Part shown: piece after piece, positions 46,019 through 55,758 of the stretch
Layout of the letters: the number at the start of each line of letters is the position of its first letter
Position numbering within the stretch: position 1 is the stretch's first letter
NCBI GenBank assembly: GCA_014191855.1
Contig: BJHF01000021.1
Coordinates: 3,293 to 67,292, forward strand
DNA: 64,000 bases
DNA from: Deltaproteobacteria bacterium
GTDB taxonomy: Bacteria; Myxococcota_A; UBA796; SXON01
Direction of reading: 5' to 3'
Translations under genes and position numbers: made by a program
The notes under the pieces: model-generated
Databases searched by the model: none
Told to the model about the DNA's origin: nothing
Seen by the model: the letters and a program-made list of their open reading frames with translations, nothing else

Positions 46019-46561
46019 ATGAACGAACTCCAAGATGCGTGGCTCGACGCGTGGCGCTTCGCGGCGCGCGCCCACGGGGCGCAAGCGACCCCGGGCGAGC
46101 CCTTCCCCTACCTCATGCACCTCGGCGCGGTGGGGATGGAGGTGCTCGTCGCGCACCAAATCTCCCCGTTTGACGACCCGATCCTCGCGATTCAGTGCGC
46201 GCTGTTGCACGACACCCTGGAGGACACCGCCACCCGCGAGGAAGGCCTGGTTTCGCGCTTCGGGCCTCGCGTGGCGGCGGGCGTTCGCGCGCTCGCCAAG
46301 GACGCCTCGTTGCCCACCAAGGCGGAGAAGATGGCGGACAGCCTCGCGCGCATCCGCGTCCAGCCGCGTGAAGTTTGGGCCGTGAAGCTGGCGGATCGCA
46401 TCACCAACCTCGCGCCGCCGCCGTACACATGGAGCGCGGAGAAGATCGTGACGTACCGCGAGGAATCCAGGCTGATCCTGGCGGCGCTGGGCGAGGCGCA
46501 TGGCCCGCTCGCGGAGAGATTAGCCAGTCGAATCGAGGCGTATCCGCCGGTGGATCGGTGA
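46019..46561 (+). CDS. HD-domain phosphohydrolase of the RelA/SpoT (Mesh1/SAH-like) type
   Basis: YLMHLGAVGMEV (His), ALLHDTLEDT (HD...ED), VKLADRITNL. 180 aa with no synthetase domain. Confidence 0.75.
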   Translation: MNELQDAWLDAWRFAARAHGAQATPGEPFPYLMHLGAVGMEVLVAHQISPFDDPILAIQCALLHDTLEDTATREEGLVSRFGPRVAAGVRALAKDASLPTKAEKMADSLARIRVQPREVWAVKLADRITNLAPPPYTWSAEKIVTYREESRLILAALGEAHGPLAERLASRIEAYPPVDR

Positions 46562-46569
46562 CGTAGGGC

Positions 46570-47322
46570 TCACGCCCCGTACCACCGCCCGATCCACCGC
46601 CGCTCCAACCATCCGGTGACCGCGCCGATTGCCAGCGCCAGCGCCCCCGCGACGAGGATGGCGGCGAACGCCACCTCGCTCCGCGCGCTCCGGCTCGCGA
46701 ACAGCACGGTGTAGCCGAGGGTGGGCGGGGAGCCATTGCTCCCGATGAACTCGCCCACGATCGCGCCGATCACCGCCAGGCCGCCGGCCGTCCGCAGGCC
46801 CGAGAACAGGGCAGGCAAGGCGGCCCAGGCGCGCAGACCGAGCAGCTCCTGCAGTCGCGACGCGCCGAGGAGTCGGTACAGGTCCACAAGATCGGTGGAG
46901 GGGGCGACGAGGCCCGTCTGCGCAGCGGAGTAGATCGGGTAGAACGAGGCGATCGCGGCCGTACTGAGTGCGACGCCGCGGCCATACCCAAGCCATACTA
47001 CCAACATCGGCGCGATGGCGACGATCGGCACGATCTGCACGAGCACGGTGTACGGCAACACCGCCAAGCGGAGCGCGCGGCTCCACCAGGCCGCCGCAGC
47101 GGCGAGCACGCCGAACACGCTCGCGACGGCGAGCCCGCCGAGCGCGGCGATGCCCGTTTCCAGCGCCGCGCGCTCGAGCTTCAGCCGCTCGTCCCACAGC
47201 GCGAGGAGCACCGCGCCCGGCGTCGGGAGCAGGAGCGGACCCGCTCGGTGCGCCACCAACGCCCAAAGCAACACGCCGCCCGCGAGGGAGCCAGCGACAA
47301 CCAGCCGTTCCCGACCGGTCAC
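46570..47322 (-). CDS. ABC transporter permease (NitT/TauT-type)
   Basis: 250 aa with about 6 TM segments. ATGA overlap with the upstream ATPase gene. Confidence 0.75.
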   Translation of the reverse strand: MTGRERLVVAGSLAGGVLLWALVAHRAGPLLLPTPGAVLLALWDERLKLERAALETGIAALGGLAVASVFGVLAAAAAWWSRALRLAVLPYTVLVQIVPIVAIAPMLVVWLGYGRGVALSTAAIASFYPIYSAAQTGLVAPSTDLVDLYRLLGASRLQELLGLRAWAALPALFSGLRTAGGLAVIGAIVGEFIGSNGSPPTLGYTVLFASRSARSEVAFAAILVAGALALAIGAVTGWLERRWIGRWYGA

Positions 47323-47987
47323 GGCTCGACTTCCTGCACAAGCGCGGCGACGTCCGCCGCGGAGCGGGGCCTCGGCGCCTCGATCTGCACGTTCCGGACT
47401 ACGCGGAGCGGCGGACCATCCACGACGACCACCCGGTCGGCGAGGCGCGCAGCGTCGGCGAGATCGTGCGTAACCAACACGATCGTGCAGCCCAGCTCGG
47501 CGTGGGCGCGCAGTACCAGTTCGGTCATCTCGGCCCGGGTCGCCACGTCCAACGCGCCGAAGGGCTCGTCGAGCAGGAGCAGCTCGGGGCGGGACACCAG
47601 CGCGCGGGCCAGGCTGGCGCGCATGCGCTGGCCACCAGAGAGCGCCGCGGGGAGCTTGTGGGCCTGCTCCGCCAATCCCACCTGCGTCAGCGCCCGCTCG
47701 ATGTCCGCCACCCGGCCAAACTCACCGGGTAAGCTCACGTTCTCCCGCACGGTGCGCCAAGGCAACAACGCCGGATCCTGGAATACGAAGCTCAGTCTCG
47801 TCGCGCCGCGCTCCACTTCGCCCCCATCGAGCGCTCGGAGCCCCGCGAGGACCCTGAGCAGCGAAGACTTGCCACACCCGGAGCGGCCAAGGATCGCGGT
47901 GATCCGGCGTTCTTCCAGGGAGAGCGAGAACCGGTCGAGCACCACCACGCCGGCCGGGCGCCAGGAAACCTCGCGAAGCTCGGTCAA
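47319..47987 (-). CDS. ABC transporter ATP-binding protein
   Basis: Walker A GRSGCGKSS, signature LSGGQRMR, Walker B LLLLDEPFGALD. Confidence 0.9.
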   Translation of the reverse strand: MTELREVSWRPAGVVVLDRFSLSLEERRITAILGRSGCGKSSLLRVLAGLRALDGGEVERGATRLSFVFQDPALLPWRTVRENVSLPGEFGRVADIERALTQVGLAEQAHKLPAALSGGQRMRASLARALVSRPELLLLDEPFGALDVATRAEMTELVLRAHAELGCTIVLVTHDLADAARLADRVVVVDGPPLRVVRNVQIEAPRPRSAADVAALVQEVEP

Positions 47988-48496
47988 AAGGCGCCGTCGC
48001 GCGTGGCCCCACCCCGCCGCGCGAAGGTTTCGATCTCACCCGTCGACTCCGCGCCGCGCATCTCCATGCAGAGCTGACGGGCGCGCAACCGCACGCTCAC
48101 CGGGCCGCCCAGTTGTGCGTGGAGGTAATCGGCGAGCTGGGCACCGAGGCGCTCCTGGAGCTGCGGCTGACGGGAGAAGTGCTGCAGCGCGCGGGCGATC
48201 GCGCCCAGCCCCGCGATTCGGCCCACCGAACCGTACACGATCTCGGCCTCGCCGAAGAACGGCAACAGATGATGAGCGCACAGGCTGTGGAACGGGAGGC
48301 GACGCAACCGCACTTCGTCGCAAGAAGGGGCAACGAACGTCTCGAACGCCGGAATCGGCTGCCCGGGACGGTATGCCTCCAGCACGCTGAGCCAGCGCGA
48401 GGCGGTGCCGACGCACTCCGGATCTCCGTCGAAGCCCAGGTGGGTGAGGCTGTCGTTGAAGGCCGTGACGTGCGCCGGAAGCACCTTCGCGCTCAT
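47984..48496 (-). CDS. folE: GTP cyclohydrolase I (FolE type I)-like, short form
   Basis: ORF 47984..48907. Start is ATG 48496 (ATGA overlap). FHSLCAHHLLPFFG (CEHH motif with E replaced by A), SRQPQLQERL, RQLCMEMRG. Confidence 0.7.
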   Translation of the reverse strand: MSAKVLPAHVTAFNDSLTHLGFDGDPECVGTASRWLSVLEAYRPGQPIPAFETFVAPSCDEVRLRRLPFHSLCAHHLLPFFGEAEIVYGSVGRIAGLGAIARALQHFSRQPQLQERLGAQLADYLHAQLGGPVSVRLRARQLCMEMRGAESTGEIETFARRGGATRDGAF

Positions 48497-49023
48497 GGCC
48501 GCGACTCCACCACGATCGCATCTCCCACCGCCACTCGGCCGGACCGCAGCACACGCAAGTGCACGCCTCGCAGGTTCTGCGGCTTCCATTCGGGCGTCCT
48601 GGTGAGGGCGAGCGCATCCGCCCCGACGCGGCGTGAGAACTTGTGGCAGCCGGTGTGCGGTTTCGGTGTCACCTCGCACTCCACCACGCCGACCCGAATG
48701 CGCGTGCCGGGAGGCAGGTTCGAGGCAGAGGTATCGAGCTCGACGAAGAGGTTGTCTCCGAGCACCTCGTACTCGCCGCCGCGGCACATCACGGAGGCGA
48801 CGTCGGCCCGCATCACCGTTACCTGAGCTTCGGGGTTCGCTTTTCCGGCGGCCCACTGATCGCCGATCAGGCCCCGATCCGCATCCAACACGACCGATTC
48901 GGGGCACTCCCGCCCCTCCGCGGGCAGGCGGCGCACCAGCTTCCGCACCACGCCGATGTCCCGAGGCGGGGCGGAAAGGCTACGCAATTCGCGCTCCAAC
49001 ACGTCGAACGAGAGAGGGACCAT
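48493..49023 (-). CDS. MOSC-domain protein (YiiM-like)
   Basis: 176 aa with a beta-barrel MOSC pattern: GDNLFVELDTS...PPGTRIRVG...EVTPKPHTGCHKF... Confidence 0.7.
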   Translation of the reverse strand: MVPLSFDVLERELRSLSAPPRDIGVVRKLVRRLPAEGRECPESVVLDADRGLIGDQWAAGKANPEAQVTVMRADVASVMCRGGEYEVLGDNLFVELDTSASNLPPGTRIRVGVVECEVTPKPHTGCHKFSRRVGADALALTRTPEWKPQNLRGVHLRVLRSGRVAVGDAIVVESRP

Positions 49024-49059
49024 CCCGGCAGGTTAACCGCGGGCTCCCCGGGAGGCCGC

Positions 49060-50319
49060 GTGTCTGAAGCAGGCGAGGGCGCACGCGCCCTGCACGAAGC
49101 GATGTCGATGCTCCAACGCGGTGACATGGCGGGGGCGTATGCCCAGGCGTTCGTCGCGCTGGAGGCGTTCACGGCCGCCAACGATCGCACCGGGGCCGCG
49201 GCGGCCCATCAGGTGGCCGCGATCGCGTGCGTCGGCGCCAACCGGCTCGCCGATGCCCTCGGGCACGTGGACTCGGGGATCGCGCTCCGCGAGAGCACAG
49301 GCGACCTTGAAGGCGTGGCGTCACTCTGGCAGGAGCGCATGGAGCTTTGCCTGCGCACGGGCGATCTGGCGGCGGCGCGCGATGCGGCTGAAGCCCAGGT
49401 TGAAGCCTGGTCACGCACCAGCGAGAGCGAAGGGCTGGCCCACGCCCGCCACCAGTTGGCGCAGATGCTATTGGAGCTGGGGGACGATGGCCGGGCAGAG
49501 GCCACGGTACAGGAGGCACTCTACGCGCTCGATCCGACGGCGCACGCGCGGGCCCGATCGGCCTTGCACCTGCTCTACAGCAACATCTGGATCTCCCGGG
49601 GCGATCATGAGCGCGCAGTTGGGCAGGCGCGGCAAGGGCTTGAGATGGCGCGGGCAGCCAAGAACCGCGCCGCCGAGATCGACGCGCTGCAGCAGTGCGG
49701 CGTGGCCCACGCGGCGGCGAACGAGCTGCAGCCGGCCCGTCGCGCGCTTCAAGAGGCGCTGGTCGGGCGCGAGCTCCTGAAGGATCTGCCGGGTCGCGCC
49801 TCGGTGCTTCGCGAGCTGGCGGCGGTGGAGCTGGGCGAAGGCGATGTGGAGGGGGCGATCGATCACCTGGGCTACGCCGCGCGCACGCTCAAGGAGGTCG
49901 GGAACGTGGCGGGGGAGATCGCCATGCTCCAGGCGCTCGCGGAAGCGGCGGACAACGCGGGGAAGACCGACGCCTCCCTCGCTGCCGCCACCGACCTGTG
50001 CGACGCCGCGCGGCGCACCGGGGACCGCGAGGCGGAGGCGGGAGCCTGGTTCATGCTGGCAACCCGCGCCGCGGGCGCCGGTGAGCTCGACCGGGCGGGG
50101 AAGGCGTTCAAGATGGCGAACGACATCCAGGAGATCCTCGGGCTCGCCCACGAAGCGGCCGTGAGCCAGGGCATGCTCGGGCAGGTGGTCGCGGCCTCCG
50201 GGGACGTCGTGAGCGGGCGCGCGCTGCTCCAGGCCAGCCTTGTGCGCCTGGAAGCCCTCAACAGCGAAGCGGCCGAGACGGTTCGCGAGGTGCTCGCCGA
50301 GTTGGAAGGGGTCACATGA
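49060..50319 (+). CDS. TPR-like helical repeat protein
   Basis: Part of ORF 48643..50319. GTG 49060 is preceded by GGAGG. Repetitive Ala/Leu-rich 34-40-aa helical pairs. Confidence 0.65.
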   Translation: MSEAGEGARALHEAMSMLQRGDMAGAYAQAFVALEAFTAANDRTGAAAAHQVAAIACVGANRLADALGHVDSGIALRESTGDLEGVASLWQERMELCLRTGDLAAARDAAEAQVEAWSRTSESEGLAHARHQLAQMLLELGDDGRAEATVQEALYALDPTAHARARSALHLLYSNIWISRGDHERAVGQARQGLEMARAAKNRAAEIDALQQCGVAHAAANELQPARRALQEALVGRELLKDLPGRASVLRELAAVELGEGDVEGAIDHLGYAARTLKEVGNVAGEIAMLQALAEAADNAGKTDASLAAATDLCDAARRTGDREAEAGAWFMLATRAAGAGELDRAGKAFKMANDIQEILGLAHEAAVSQGMLGQVVAASGDVVSGRALLQASLVRLEALNSEAAETVREVLAELEGVT

Positions 50320-51065
50320 GCGGCCGGGGATATCGCCCGTTCGACTGGGACGCCGACAGCGCCGAGCGGCTCGAAACCGTGGTGGAGCGCGTGCGCCACC
50401 TGCGGCGAGCCCACATCGCCGTGGTCGTGGGCTTTGACCTCGACGGGTGTTTGTTCGACACGCGGCCGAGCCAGGTTCACATCGTCCGCGAGATCGCGGC
50501 GATGCACGGGTGGGAAACGCTTTGCCGCCTTCAGGCGGAGCACTTCGTGGACTGGTCGCTGCGGCGGACGATGTTGAACGCAGGGGTGGACCCGGCCTGG
50601 ATCGACACGAACGAGGCCTCGATCCGCGATCAGTGGAACGCCCGATTCTTCCACAGCGACTATCAGGTGCACGACCACGCCATGCCCGGCGCTCCGGCGT
50701 TTGTGCGGGAGATCCGTGCGGCCGGGGCCCAGATTGTCTACCTCACGGGTCGCGACCACTCGATGCGCGCCGGCACGGAGCTGGCGCTGCGGCGGTTCGG
50801 GTTCCCGTACGACGCGCCGGACGCGATGTTGGTCACGAAGCCCAGCCCCGAGCTGGACGACACCGCGTTCAAGGAAGCGGCGCTGGAGCAGATCGCCGAG
50901 ATGGGGCGGGTGGCCGCCTACTTCGACAACGAGCCGGCGAACGTGAACGTGTTCCGCGAGCACCACCCGGACGCGATGGTGGTGTTCCTCGACACCGACC
51001 ACTCCCCGCGCCCGATCGTCCCCGACCCGGGAATCCCGTGGATCCGCAGCTTCCTGCGCTCATAA
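50316..51065 (+). CDS. HAD-superfamily phosphatase-like protein
   Basis: VVVGFDLDGCLFDT (motif I with Cys in place of Thr/Val), YLTGR, YFDNEP. ATGA overlap with the TPR gene. Confidence 0.65.
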   Translation: MSGRGYRPFDWDADSAERLETVVERVRHLRRAHIAVVVGFDLDGCLFDTRPSQVHIVREIAAMHGWETLCRLQAEHFVDWSLRRTMLNAGVDPAWIDTNEASIRDQWNARFFHSDYQVHDHAMPGAPAFVREIRAAGAQIVYLTGRDHSMRAGTELALRRFGFPYDAPDAMLVTKPSPELDDTAFKEAALEQIAEMGRVAAYFDNEPANVNVFREHHPDAMVVFLDTDHSPRPIVPDPGIPWIRSFLRS

Positions 51066-51673
51066 CGGCCGGGGCGACCCGGAATCCGGTCGACGCGATC
51101 CGCTACCTCAGCGCGAACGCGACGGGGGCCACAGGCGTCGTGATCGCACAGGCCCTGGCCCTACGCTTTGCCGTGCGCCTTCTCGGGAGCACGGAGGCCT
51201 GTTTGAGGGCGAAGCTGGCGGATGGTTCGCTCGCGACTCGGGAGTACACGTCGACGCGCGATCTCATGGCGAAGATGGAGGAGGAGCTGCGAGCGCGCCC
51301 GGGCGGCGTGCTCATCCACAGCGCGGCGGTCGGCGATTACGAAGCGCAGCCGGCGGCGACGAAGTTGCCCAGCGGGCAGCCCGAGCTGGTGCTGCGCTTG
51401 ACTCCAGGCCCGAAGATCGTCGACCACGTACGCGAGTGGGATCCCGACGTGTTCCTCGTGAGCTTCAAGGCTGGGAACCCCGAGTGGGACGAGGCGAAGC
51501 TGGAGGCCGTGGCCCGGGCGCAGCTGGCGCGCACCCGGAGCGATCTGGTGTTCGCGAACCGGCTGGGGGCGTTGGCGACGAGCTGTTTGATCGTTTCAGA
51601 AACCACGACGGAGCGCTTCGGCTCGCGCGACGCTGCGATCGGCGCGCTGGTCGACCGGTGCCGCGGCAGGTAG
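51038..51673 (+). CDS. stand-alone CoaB (DFP C-terminal domain)-like protein, divergent
   Basis: C-terminal part of ORF 50447..51673, with GTG 51038 as the proposed start. LITAGATRNPVDAIRYLSANATGATG parallels the CoaB ITAGPTxExIDPVRxIxNxSSGKMG motif but lacks the Lys. VSFKAG...FANRL. Confidence 0.55.
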   Translation: MDPQLPALITAGATRNPVDAIRYLSANATGATGVVIAQALALRFAVRLLGSTEACLRAKLADGSLATREYTSTRDLMAKMEEELRARPGGVLIHSAAVGDYEAQPAATKLPSGQPELVLRLTPGPKIVDHVREWDPDVFLVSFKAGNPEWDEAKLEAVARAQLARTRSDLVFANRLGALATSCLIVSETTTERFGSRDAAIGALVDRCRGR

Positions 51674-51685
51674 CCAGCGCGCGCC

Positions 51686-52753
51686 CTACCGCGCCGGCGC
51701 CCCCACCCCGCCGGCGGCCGGGGCCGTCAACCCCGTCGGCGCCACCATCCCCGCCCGGTGCGCCGCTTCCCACGCCGCGTGCTCCGCCTGCCACGCCCCA
51801 AATTCGTCCATGTGCCAGTGACTCTGGAAACCAACCACGGCCGAACCCCAGTGGTCCATGGCGGCCGGGAGCGCCTCGTTCAGGTCCACGATCAGGGCGT
51901 TGAACGCGTCGACATCGGCCTGCGAGCGCATCCCCCTCGCTTCGGCCCGCACCATGCGCAGGACCGTGCCTCGGAGCATCTCGATTGACTGGGTCTCGAG
52001 CTCCGTCATTCCGACGAGCAGGGTGTCGTCGCCCAGCCAGTCCCCGCGCGACGCCGTCGTGACCGCGAGCGCCTCGATCCGCTCGAGGCTTGCCAAGCGC
52101 GCCGCGTCCAAGCCCTCGCCGCCCGAGCTCGTGACGACGAGGTTCATGGCGTCTACCAATGCGTTCGCATCTTCAACGAACCCGTTGTAGTAGGCGACGG
52201 TCTTCCCCGCGATCCAGCCAGCAGGGAGCGTGATTCCGGCGGGTACGATCTCCGGGCACTCAAACTCGGGGCCCCGCGCCACCTCGGGCGGCGGCTCCGT
52301 CGCAACCAGCGTCAGATGATGCCGCGCAGCGAAGTCGGCTTGCGCCTTGTGCAACGCGGCATCGCTGGCCGCGGCGCCGTCCATCATGGCCCGATACGCA
52401 ACGTCGGCGGCGCCGACGTCCTCGGACTTCGCCGCAGGCGCGGCGCTCAGCTCAAGGAAGGTCCGCGTCGGGTGATCCACGAGGTCCACCAGCGTCTGGG
52501 CCTGTGACACGAGGGCATCGCGAAAGGAGGAGTCGCCTTCGAACGCCGGTAGTGCCGCGCTCTCGTCGCGAAAGCCGACCAGGATGGTGCGAAGCCCGAG
52601 GCGGTATGGCTCCAAGTCGGCGGGGTTCGCCGGCGGAGCCACGCGCTGGAGCTGCTGGGTCTGCTCCAGGATTCGCTGCGTCTCGGCCACCAATCGGTCG
52701 TTGTACGCGACCACGCCTTCGCCGGCCCAAGCCAGGGTCAAACACCACCACAT
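51686..52753 (-). CDS. hypothetical protein
   Basis: 355-aa ORF with high GC3. ATG 52753 is preceded by GGAGGTG. Mainly helical, with no motif recognised. Confidence 0.6.
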   Translation of the reverse strand: MWWCLTLAWAGEGVVAYNDRLVAETQRILEQTQQLQRVAPPANPADLEPYRLGLRTILVGFRDESAALPAFEGDSSFRDALVSQAQTLVDLVDHPTRTFLELSAAPAAKSEDVGAADVAYRAMMDGAAASDAALHKAQADFAARHHLTLVATEPPPEVARGPEFECPEIVPAGITLPAGWIAGKTVAYYNGFVEDANALVDAMNLVVTSSGGEGLDAARLASLERIEALAVTTASRGDWLGDDTLLVGMTELETQSIEMLRGTVLRMVRAEARGMRSQADVDAFNALIVDLNEALPAAMDHWGSAVVGFQSHWHMDEFGAWQAEHAAWEAAHRAGMVAPTGLTAPAAGGVGAPAR

Positions 52754-52804
52754 CCGGCCACCTCCGTCGCGAGAGTAGCACGAACGCCTGACGCCGTGGG
52801 GCGC

Positions 52805-53416
52805 TCAGAGCTTGATCACGCCCTTCGCCGCCAGCTCTTCGAGGATCTGCATGGCGCACTCATCGACCGTGCGGTCGGCCGTCTTGATCACCATCTCGGC
52901 GCTCAGCGGCTCCTCGTAGGGGGCGCTGATCCCGGTGAACTCGGGGATCTGGCCGGCGCGAGCCTTCTTGTAGAGCCCCTTCGGGTCGCGACCCTCGCAC
53001 ACTTCCACGCTCGCCTCCACGTAGGCCTCGAAGAAGGTGCCGGCCGGCGTGATGGCGCGCACGCTGTCCCGGTCGGCCCGATACGGCGAGATGAACGCGG
53101 TGATGGTGATCACGCAGGCGTCGGCGAAGAGCTTCGCCACCTCGCCGATGCGGCGGATGTTCTCCGTGCGATCGGCGGGGGAGAAGCCGAGATCCTTGTT
53201 CAGACCGAAGCGGATGTTGTCGCCGTCGAGCACGTAGGCCGTGTGCCCGCGCTCGAGGAGGAGCTGCTCGGCGCGGCGGGCGATCGTGCTTTTCCCGGAG
53301 GCGCTCAGGCCGGTGAGCCAAACCACCGCCCCTTTCTGGCCGACGGTCGCTTCGCGCTCCTCGGGGGTAACGATGGCGCCGTGGAAGGTGATGTTGGTGC
53401 TCTTGGGCTCAGACAT
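52805..53416 (-). CDS. cysC: adenylylsulfate (APS) kinase
   Basis: ATG 53416 within ORF 52805..53467. P-loop [34 protein letters not shown]. Confidence 0.9.
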   Translation of the reverse strand: MSEPKSTNITFHGAIVTPEEREATVGQKGAVVWLTGLSASGKSTIARRAEQLLLERGHTAYVLDGDNIRFGLNKDLGFSPADRTENIRRIGEVAKLFADACVITITAFISPYRADRDSVRAITPAGTFFEAYVEASVEVCEGRDPKGLYKKARAGQIPEFTGISAPYEEPLSAEMVIKTADRTVDECAMQILEELAAKGVIKL

Positions 53417-53469
53417 TCGGGACTCCAGAAGGGGCGCCTGCCTACTCCCCGGAGCGCCTCGCCGCAAGG

Positions 53470-54930
53470 GTGGGCGCGCCGCGATACTCGCGCGGCGTGC
53501 GGCACCTGACGCTCCTCGTGGCCCCCCTGCTCTCGGCCGCGCTCACGCTCCTGCTGCTCGATCGCGGGTTCGCGGCGGATGCGGCGGCGATCTTCGATGG
53601 TCATGGGTTGGTCGCCTGGCTGGCTTCGACGCTGGCCGCGCGGCTCGGCGAGCCGACCGCCTTGCGGGTGCTCTTCGGGATCGGCTCGGCCCTCTCCACG
53701 GCCTGCCTGATCCGGGCGTTGAAGACGCCATACCTTTGGTTGGTGGCGGTGTTTGCCGCGCCCGTTTCGACGGGGATGCTTCATGGGGATGTCGCCTCGT
53801 TGTGCGTGGGCCCCGCCGCGCTCGGCCTCCTCACCTGGCAGCGCTCCACCTCGTTGGGCTCCCTTGCGACGGTGTGCCTCGCCGCCGTGTCGCCGGTCGC
53901 CGCCGCCGCCCTCGCCGTGGCCGCGTTTGTACGCCGCCCAAACGTTGCGGCGCTGCTGATCGCGCCCCTTGTCGCGACGCTCGGCGAGCGAGGCGCCGTC
54001 GATGTGATCGGGCTCTCCGCCGCGCGATCCCTCATGGCTGGCCACGCCCCCGGGGCGACGGCCGGCGTGTGCCTGACGGTCGCGCTGGTGGTTGTAGGGG
54101 GCCCGCTTCGACTGCGCCTCGCGGGGCTGGCGGCTGCGGCGCTGGCGCTGGGCCCCGTGATCGCGCTACGCGGGGACCACGACCATCTGATCGCGCTCCC
54201 ATTACCCGCGTTCCTCCTGGCAAGCTTCGGCGCGGAGACGGGCTGGAGCGGTGCCGGCGCGGTGTCCGCGGCCGCGCTCGCGCTCGCCGCCGCAAACGCC
54301 CCCGCCTGGCGCGCAAGGCTCCTGCTCGCCCTGGTGCTGCTCGAGGGCGCGGGGCTCTCGCTCCGCACCCCCACCCCCCTGCCAAACACCCCGCCCGAAG
54401 CGGTGATCTCCCTCAGTGAACGCAAGGGTACGGTGCTGCACCTGCCCGTCGCGCGCTCCTCCCTGGGTGAGCCCCCCCGGGCCGCGCTGTGGCGGCACCA
54501 GGCCCTCATTCACCGACGCCCGCTCTACGCCGAAGCTCGCGCCGTGCACGACGACGACCCGGTTTTGGGCGAGCCGGGCGTGGTTGCCATCGTCGGGCTG
54601 CTCGAACCGGAAGCGGGCTGGCTTGTGCCGCCAACCGATTCTGGGATGGTGCTCCGGGCTCTGGGCGTGACCGAGCTCGTTCTGGATCGTGCCGCCTTGT
54701 CAGCCGAGAACCTGGCACAATTAGACCCGGTGCTGGCGCGGCTCTACGGCCCCCCGCAGCGCGACAACGCCGCCGGGATCGACCTTTGGCGCATCCCGTC
54801 GCTGGGGGCCAGGCGGCTCTCCACCTCCCCTCACCTTCGCCGCGAGCATGAGCCCGGCACCGAGCGCTGGCGCACGCTTGAGGAGCTGCTGGCGGCCGGT
54901 CGGGAGCCCGTTCCGGTCGAACCGGGATAA
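53470..54930 (+). CDS. polytopic membrane protein of unknown function
   Basis: 486-aa ORF. About 9-10 hydrophobic helices in the N-terminal ~300 aa, followed by a soluble C-terminal domain. The start is uncertain. Confidence 0.6.
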   Translation: MGAPRYSRGVRHLTLLVAPLLSAALTLLLLDRGFAADAAAIFDGHGLVAWLASTLAARLGEPTALRVLFGIGSALSTACLIRALKTPYLWLVAVFAAPVSTGMLHGDVASLCVGPAALGLLTWQRSTSLGSLATVCLAAVSPVAAAALAVAAFVRRPNVAALLIAPLVATLGERGAVDVIGLSAARSLMAGHAPGATAGVCLTVALVVVGGPLRLRLAGLAAAALALGPVIALRGDHDHLIALPLPAFLLASFGAETGWSGAGAVSAAALALAAANAPAWRARLLLALVLLEGAGLSLRTPTPLPNTPPEAVISLSERKGTVLHLPVARSSLGEPPRAALWRHQALIHRRPLYAEARAVHDDDPVLGEPGVVAIVGLLEPEAGWLVPPTDSGMVLRALGVTELVLDRAALSAENLAQLDPVLARLYGPPQRDNAAGIDLWRIPSLGARRLSTSPHLRREHEPGTERWRTLEELLAAGREPVPVEPG

Positions 54931-54939
54931 GCCCCCCCC

Positions 54940-55758
54940 ATGGACGACACCGAGACCCGCCTCGCCCGCATCGACGCCGCTGCGGGCCGCCTTCGCGCCA
55001 CCTTCGGCGATCCCGTGGACGTGGTGATCGTGCTCGGGAGCGGCCTCGGGGACGTAGCCCAAAGGGTGGCCGATGCCGTCGCGGTGAACGCGAACGAGGT
55101 CGGCCTGCCGGGCAGCGGCGTCGGCGGGCACGCCGGTCGGTTGGTGTGCGGCCGACTGGGTGGAAAGCGCGTTCTCTTGTTACAAGGCCGCGTTCATGTG
55201 TATGAGGGCCATGAGCTCGACACCGTGGTGCTCGCCGTTCGCGCGTGTGCCCGGTGGGGCGTGAAGGGCCTCGTGCTCACGAGCGCGGTGGGCGGCGTGG
55301 ATCCGGCGCTCGGCCCCGGCAGTGTGATGATCGTGGCAGATCACCTGAACCTCTCGGGCGAAAACCCACTGCGGGGCCCGAACATCGACGCGCTGGGGCC
55401 CCGATTCCCCGACCTGACACACCTCTACTCCCCTCGCCTCCGCGGCATCGCCCAGGCGGCCAGTCCCGAGCCGCTGCCGGAGGGCGTGTACGCGGCGATG
55501 CTCGGTCCAAGCTACGAAACCCCCGCCGAGATTCGGATGCTCAGCAAGCTCGGCGCCAATGTCGTCGGCATGAGCATGGTGCACGAGTCGATCGCGGCGC
55601 GCCACGCCGGGATGGAGGTGCTCGCGTTCGCCGTGGTATCAAACGCAGCGGCCGGATTGTCCACGTCTGAGCTCACGCACAGCGAGGTCACGGAGGCCTG
55701 CCGCCAGGCCGCTGGCCGGCTGGGTGCCCTCCTCGCGCGGGTGGTGGAGCGGTGGTAA
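54940..55758 (+). CDS. punA: purine nucleoside phosphorylase (trimeric PNP type)
   Basis: VIVLGSGLG, VHVYEGH, LTSAVGG, YETPAEIRML, VGMSMVHE, VSNAAAG. Confidence 0.88.
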   Translation: MDDTETRLARIDAAAGRLRATFGDPVDVVIVLGSGLGDVAQRVADAVAVNANEVGLPGSGVGGHAGRLVCGRLGGKRVLLLQGRVHVYEGHELDTVVLAVRACARWGVKGLVLTSAVGGVDPALGPGSVMIVADHLNLSGENPLRGPNIDALGPRFPDLTHLYSPRLRGIAQAASPEPLPEGVYAAMLGPSYETPAEIRMLSKLGANVVGMSMVHESIAARHAGMEVLAFAVVSNAAAGLSTSELTHSEVTEACRQAAGRLGALLARVVERW

